Part shown: positions 61,103 through 64,000 of the stretch, piece by piece | Layout of the letters: every line of letters begins with the position of its first letter | How positions within the stretch are numbered: the first letter of the stretch is position 1 | The notes under the pieces: generated by a model | Told to the model about the DNA's origin: nothing | What the model saw: the letters and a program-made list of their open reading frames with translations, nothing else | Databases searched by the model: none | Translations under genes and position numbers: made by a program | Source of the DNA: a bacterium | GTDB lineage: Bacteria > Actinomycetota > Acidimicrobiia > Acidimicrobiales > CATQHL01 | Assembly (NCBI GenBank): GCA_028824415.1 | Contig: JAPPDX010000134.1 | Span: 13,175-77,174 of the forward strand | Length of the DNA stretch: 64,000 bases | Reading direction: 5' to 3'

Positions 61103-62402
61103 CGGCGCCGCCCCCACGGCCCGTAGCGGCGGCCAGGGCCTGGTCAAGGTCCCAGATGATGTCCTCGACATCCTCGAGGCCGACCGAGAGCCGCACCGTG
61201 TCCGCTGACACGCCTGTGGCGGCCAGGTCGGCCTCGGAGAGCTGCTGGTGGGTGGTGGAGGCCGGGTGGATGACGAGTGTCTTGGCGTCACCGACGTTGG
61301 CCAGGTGGGAAACGAGCTGCAGCGCCTCGATGAACCTGGCTCCGGCCTCCCGACCGCCCTCGACACCGAAGGTGAAGATGGAGCCCGGGCCCTTGGGGAG
61401 GTACAACTGCGCCCGCTCGTGGTGGGGGTGGTGGGGCAGGCCGGCCCAGCGCACCCAGGCCACCCGGTCATCGGCGTCGAGCCATTCGGCGACGGCGCGG
61501 GCGTTGGCCACGTGGGCGTCCATGCGCAGCGGCAGCGTCTCCAGGCCCTGCAGCAGGAAGAACGCGTCGAAGGGCGACAGGCAGGCCCCCACGTCGCGCA
61601 TCTGCTCGGCCCGCAGCCTGGTGCAGAACGCATACTCGCCGAAGTTGTCCCACCAGCGCAGTCCGTTGTAGCTGGCCACCGGCTCGGTGAAGCTCGGGAA
61701 CCGCCCCGAGCCCCAGTCGAAGCGACCGGCCTCGGCGACGACCCCGGCGATGGTGGTGCCGTGCCCGCACAGGAACTTCGTGGCCGAGTGCACGACGATG
61801 TCGGCACCGAACTCCAGGGGCCGGCAGAGGTACGGGGTGGCGAACGTGGAGTCCACGACCAGCGGCAGGTCGTGGGCGCGGGCGACCTCGGCGAGGCCAC
61901 TCAGGTCGGCGATCTCCCCCGCGGGATTGGCGATGATCTCGGTGAAGATCAGCTTCGTCCCCTCGCCGATGGCGGCGGCGAAGTCCCCGGCATCGGTGCT
62001 TTGGACGAAGGTTGTGTCGATGCCGAGCCGGCGCAGCGTCACGTCGAACTGCATGTACGTGCCGCCGTACAGCCCGGCGGCCGAGACGATGTGATCGCCG
62101 GCGCCGGCCAGGGACGTGAGGGCGAGGAACTGGGCCGACTGGCCGCTGGAGGTGGCCACCGCCCCGATGCCGCCCTCAAGGTTCGCCATCCGCTCCTCGA
62201 ACACGTTGACGGTGGGGTTCGAGATCCGCGTGTAGATGGAGCCGTACTTCTGGAGAGCGAAGAGGTCGGCCGCGTCGTCGGTGTCCTCGAAGACGAAGGC
62301 GCTGGTGTAGTAGATCGGCGTGGTCCGCGACCCGGTCCCCGGATCGGGCCGCCCGCCGGAATGCAGGGCCCGCGTGCGAAAACCCCACTCCCGATCCGGC
62401 AT
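61095..62402 (-). CDS. metY: O-acetylhomoserine aminocarboxypropyltransferase
   Basis: FRTRALH, IYTRISNPT, SSGQSA, HSATKF, HLANVGD, RLSVGLED. Confidence 0.93.
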   Translation of the reverse strand: MPDREWGFRTRALHSGGRPDPGTGSRTTPIYYTSAFVFEDTDDAADLFALQKYGSIYTRISNPTVNVFEERMANLEGGIGAVATSSGQSAQFLALTSLAGAGDHIVSAAGLYGGTYMQFDVTLRRLGIDTTFVQSTDAGDFAAAIGEGTKLIFTEIIANPAGEIADLSGLAEVARAHDLPLVVDSTFATPYLCRPLEFGADIVVHSATKFLCGHGTTIAGVVAEAGRFDWGSGRFPSFTEPVASYNGLRWWDNFGEYAFCTRLRAEQMRDVGACLSPFDAFFLLQGLETLPLRMDAHVANARAVAEWLDADDRVAWVRWAGLPHHPHHERAQLYLPKGPGSIFTFGVEGGREAGARFIEALQLVSHLANVGDAKTLVIHPASTTHQQLSEADLAATGVSADTVRLSVGLEDVEDIIWDLDQALAAATGRGGGAGA

Positions 62403-62576
62403 GAAGGCGACGCTAGCGGCAAGCGACGTTGCCGAGTGGAGAACCGGCCGCGGTGGTGTAACGGTGCTCGGAGGCCCGGCGCGATCGAGGTGAAGTCCCC
62501 ATCGTCGAACAACTAGTCTGCGGATCCGGATCGCGACCGCGTCGGCGGCCCGAGCCCGTGGGGACTTCGCTCGAGC

Positions 62577-63014
62577 GTGATGAGCAACCACATGAACATC
62601 AGGTCACTCAAGCAACTGTTCGGCTATGCGCACATCCTTTTGGGCTTGGCGGTGGCCGGACAGTTCGTGGCATCGCCAACCTACGACGTGGCGACAAGCA
62701 CCGACGTGTGGGACGTCATCAGTTTCGCCATGGCCGTTGGCGCGGCGACTGCGCTCGTCGTGAGCCTCATGCGGATCCGCGAAGCCGGGAAGCCACCGGA
62801 CCGGGCGGCCACGACCATGCTGATCGCCTCCGGGTGCCTCTTCCTGCTCTTCTACCGGCTGTGGCTCAGCTGGGAGGTGTACGACTCCGCCGAGACGCCG
62901 CCGTGGGAGATCAGACTGCTGCTCTGGTACTTCATCGACGTGCTGTTCGTCATCGTGAGCATCACGGTTGGCCGCTACCTGCTGCGCACCGCCAAGTCGC
63001 CGGCCAGCCCCTGA
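62577..63014 (+). CDS. Hypothetical membrane protein (about 4 TM)
   Basis: Hydrophobic helices, coding-like codon usage. Confidence 0.65.
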   Translation: MMSNHMNIRSLKQLFGYAHILLGLAVAGQFVASPTYDVATSTDVWDVISFAMAVGAATALVVSLMRIREAGKPPDRAATTMLIASGCLFLLFYRLWLSWEVYDSAETPPWEIRLLLWYFIDVLFVIVSITVGRYLLRTAKSPASP

Positions 63015-63037
63015 AGGCCCGCTGCGACGATCTGGCC

Positions 63038-63844
63038 ATGAAGCCCCACACCGCCCTCGTCACCGGTGCGGCCTCGGGGATCGGCGCCGAGGTCGCCCGC
63101 CGCCTCGTACGGCGGGGCCACCGGGTGATCGTCGTGGACCGCACCGACGAACTGGCTGCGAGGGCCGCAGCGGACATCGGAGCCGGCTCGCTCGCCGTCG
63201 GTTGCGACCTCGCTACCGAGGCCGGCACCGCCGGGCTCTGCGAGCGCATCGCCGACGACTGGCGGGACCTGGAGGTACTCGTCTGCAACGCCGGAGCCGT
63301 CGTGCTCCGCGAGGTCGCCGACCAGAGTGCGGGTGACTTGGACCGGCAACTCGACGTCATGCTGCGCAGTCCCATGCAAGTCATCCGCGCCGCCATCCCG
63401 GTGTTCACGGAGCGCGAACGAGGCCACATCATGGCCACCGTGTCCCTCAGCGGGATATGCCCGATGCCGACGACGGCCGCCTACTCGGCCGCCAAGGCGG
63501 GGCTGCGAGCCTTCCTTGCCGCGCTCAACGTCGAACTGACCGGCACGGGGGTCCACATCAGCGGCATCTACCCCACCGCCATCGACACACCCATGCTCCG
63601 GCAGGCCGTGTCCGGCGATGGCAGCCTCGAGTACCTCAACCGCGTCCGAACCGTCGACGATGTGGCCGACGCCTACGAGCGCGCCCTGGACAGACCGAGG
63701 CTCGAGATCTACGTCCCCTATCGCGACGGCTTCACGGCCCGGGCCGTCCAGTGGACCCCGGGGATGATTCCCAGGACCCTGCCGCTATTCCGCTTGATGA
63801 GCAGGCGGAACCGCCGGGAGTATCTGCGGCGGATCACGGAATGA
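63038..63844 (+). CDS. SDR family oxidoreductase
   Basis: VTGAASGIG, CNAG, YSAAK. Confidence 0.92.
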   Translation: MKPHTALVTGAASGIGAEVARRLVRRGHRVIVVDRTDELAARAAADIGAGSLAVGCDLATEAGTAGLCERIADDWRDLEVLVCNAGAVVLREVADQSAGDLDRQLDVMLRSPMQVIRAAIPVFTERERGHIMATVSLSGICPMPTTAAYSAAKAGLRAFLAALNVELTGTGVHISGIYPTAIDTPMLRQAVSGDGSLEYLNRVRTVDDVADAYERALDRPRLEIYVPYRDGFTARAVQWTPGMIPRTLPLFRLMSRRNRREYLRRITE

Positions 63845-63893
63845 TCCGAGGCTGAGCCTCACAGGCGATCAGGCCGGCGTCGAGGACGCTCCC

Positions 63894-64000
63894 CTAACCT
63901 CCGGCCCGGGTCGAGGCCAGAGACTCGGCGACGACCTCGGCTGCAGCCTCGTTGACATCGTCGGCCGACATGGCCCGCGGCAGGTCGGCAATGGCGGCCG
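63894..64000 (-). CDS. 3' end of an unidentified gene entering from beyond the window
   Basis: AAIADLPRAMSADDVNEAAAEVVAESLASTRAGG-stop with GC3-biased codons. Confidence 0.5.
   Translation of the reverse strand, partial: AAIADLPRAMSADDVNEAAAEVVAESLASTRAGG

Noticed and set aside
62403-62576. SAM riboswitch upstream of metY
   Set aside because: No recognisable SAM-I or SAM-IV conserved core on the minus strand.

Overview
High-GC actinobacterial chromosomal window. Lipoprotein ABC binding proteins, an F420-type LLM enzyme and mycofactocin genes suggest Acidimicrobiia-like (inference only). It is almost all catabolic and housekeeping genes, with no rRNA, tRNA, CRISPR array, transposase or integrase recognised. 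Main blocks: (i) a ~17 kb co-directional minus-strand run (1665-18721) of class II aldolase, FGGY kinase, two Gfo/Idh/MocA oxidoreductases, TIM-barrel isomerase, ureidoglycolate-lyase-like protein, sugar ABC transporter and aldehyde dehydrogenase, ending in citrate synthase-prpF-acnA; (ii) a peptide ABC operon and a carbohydrate ABC operon transcribed divergently, whose binding proteins share a near-identical Ala-rich stalk forming an in-frame 119-bp inverted repeat; (iii) lactonase-like hydrolase, M81 peptidase, vapBC, PLP deaminase, RidA, RraA-type aldolase, stand-alone lipoyl domain, SDR and E1 alpha/beta with no E2/E3; (iv) a poorly coding 1.4 kb stretch with DnaA-box matches and an AT-rich inverted repeat, next to an orphan DUF1156 adenine methyltransferase lying where the mftA precursor would normally precede mftBCD; (v) two sterol-desaturase-family paralogues, an orphan Xre/MbcA-type antitoxin, a TIMP-like exported protein, an ECF sigma factor with an Asp-box partner, and metY. 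A palindromic REP-like family occurs in four intergenic copies, plus one degenerate copy in frame inside prpF. All calls come from motif recognition by eye; start codons are best guesses.
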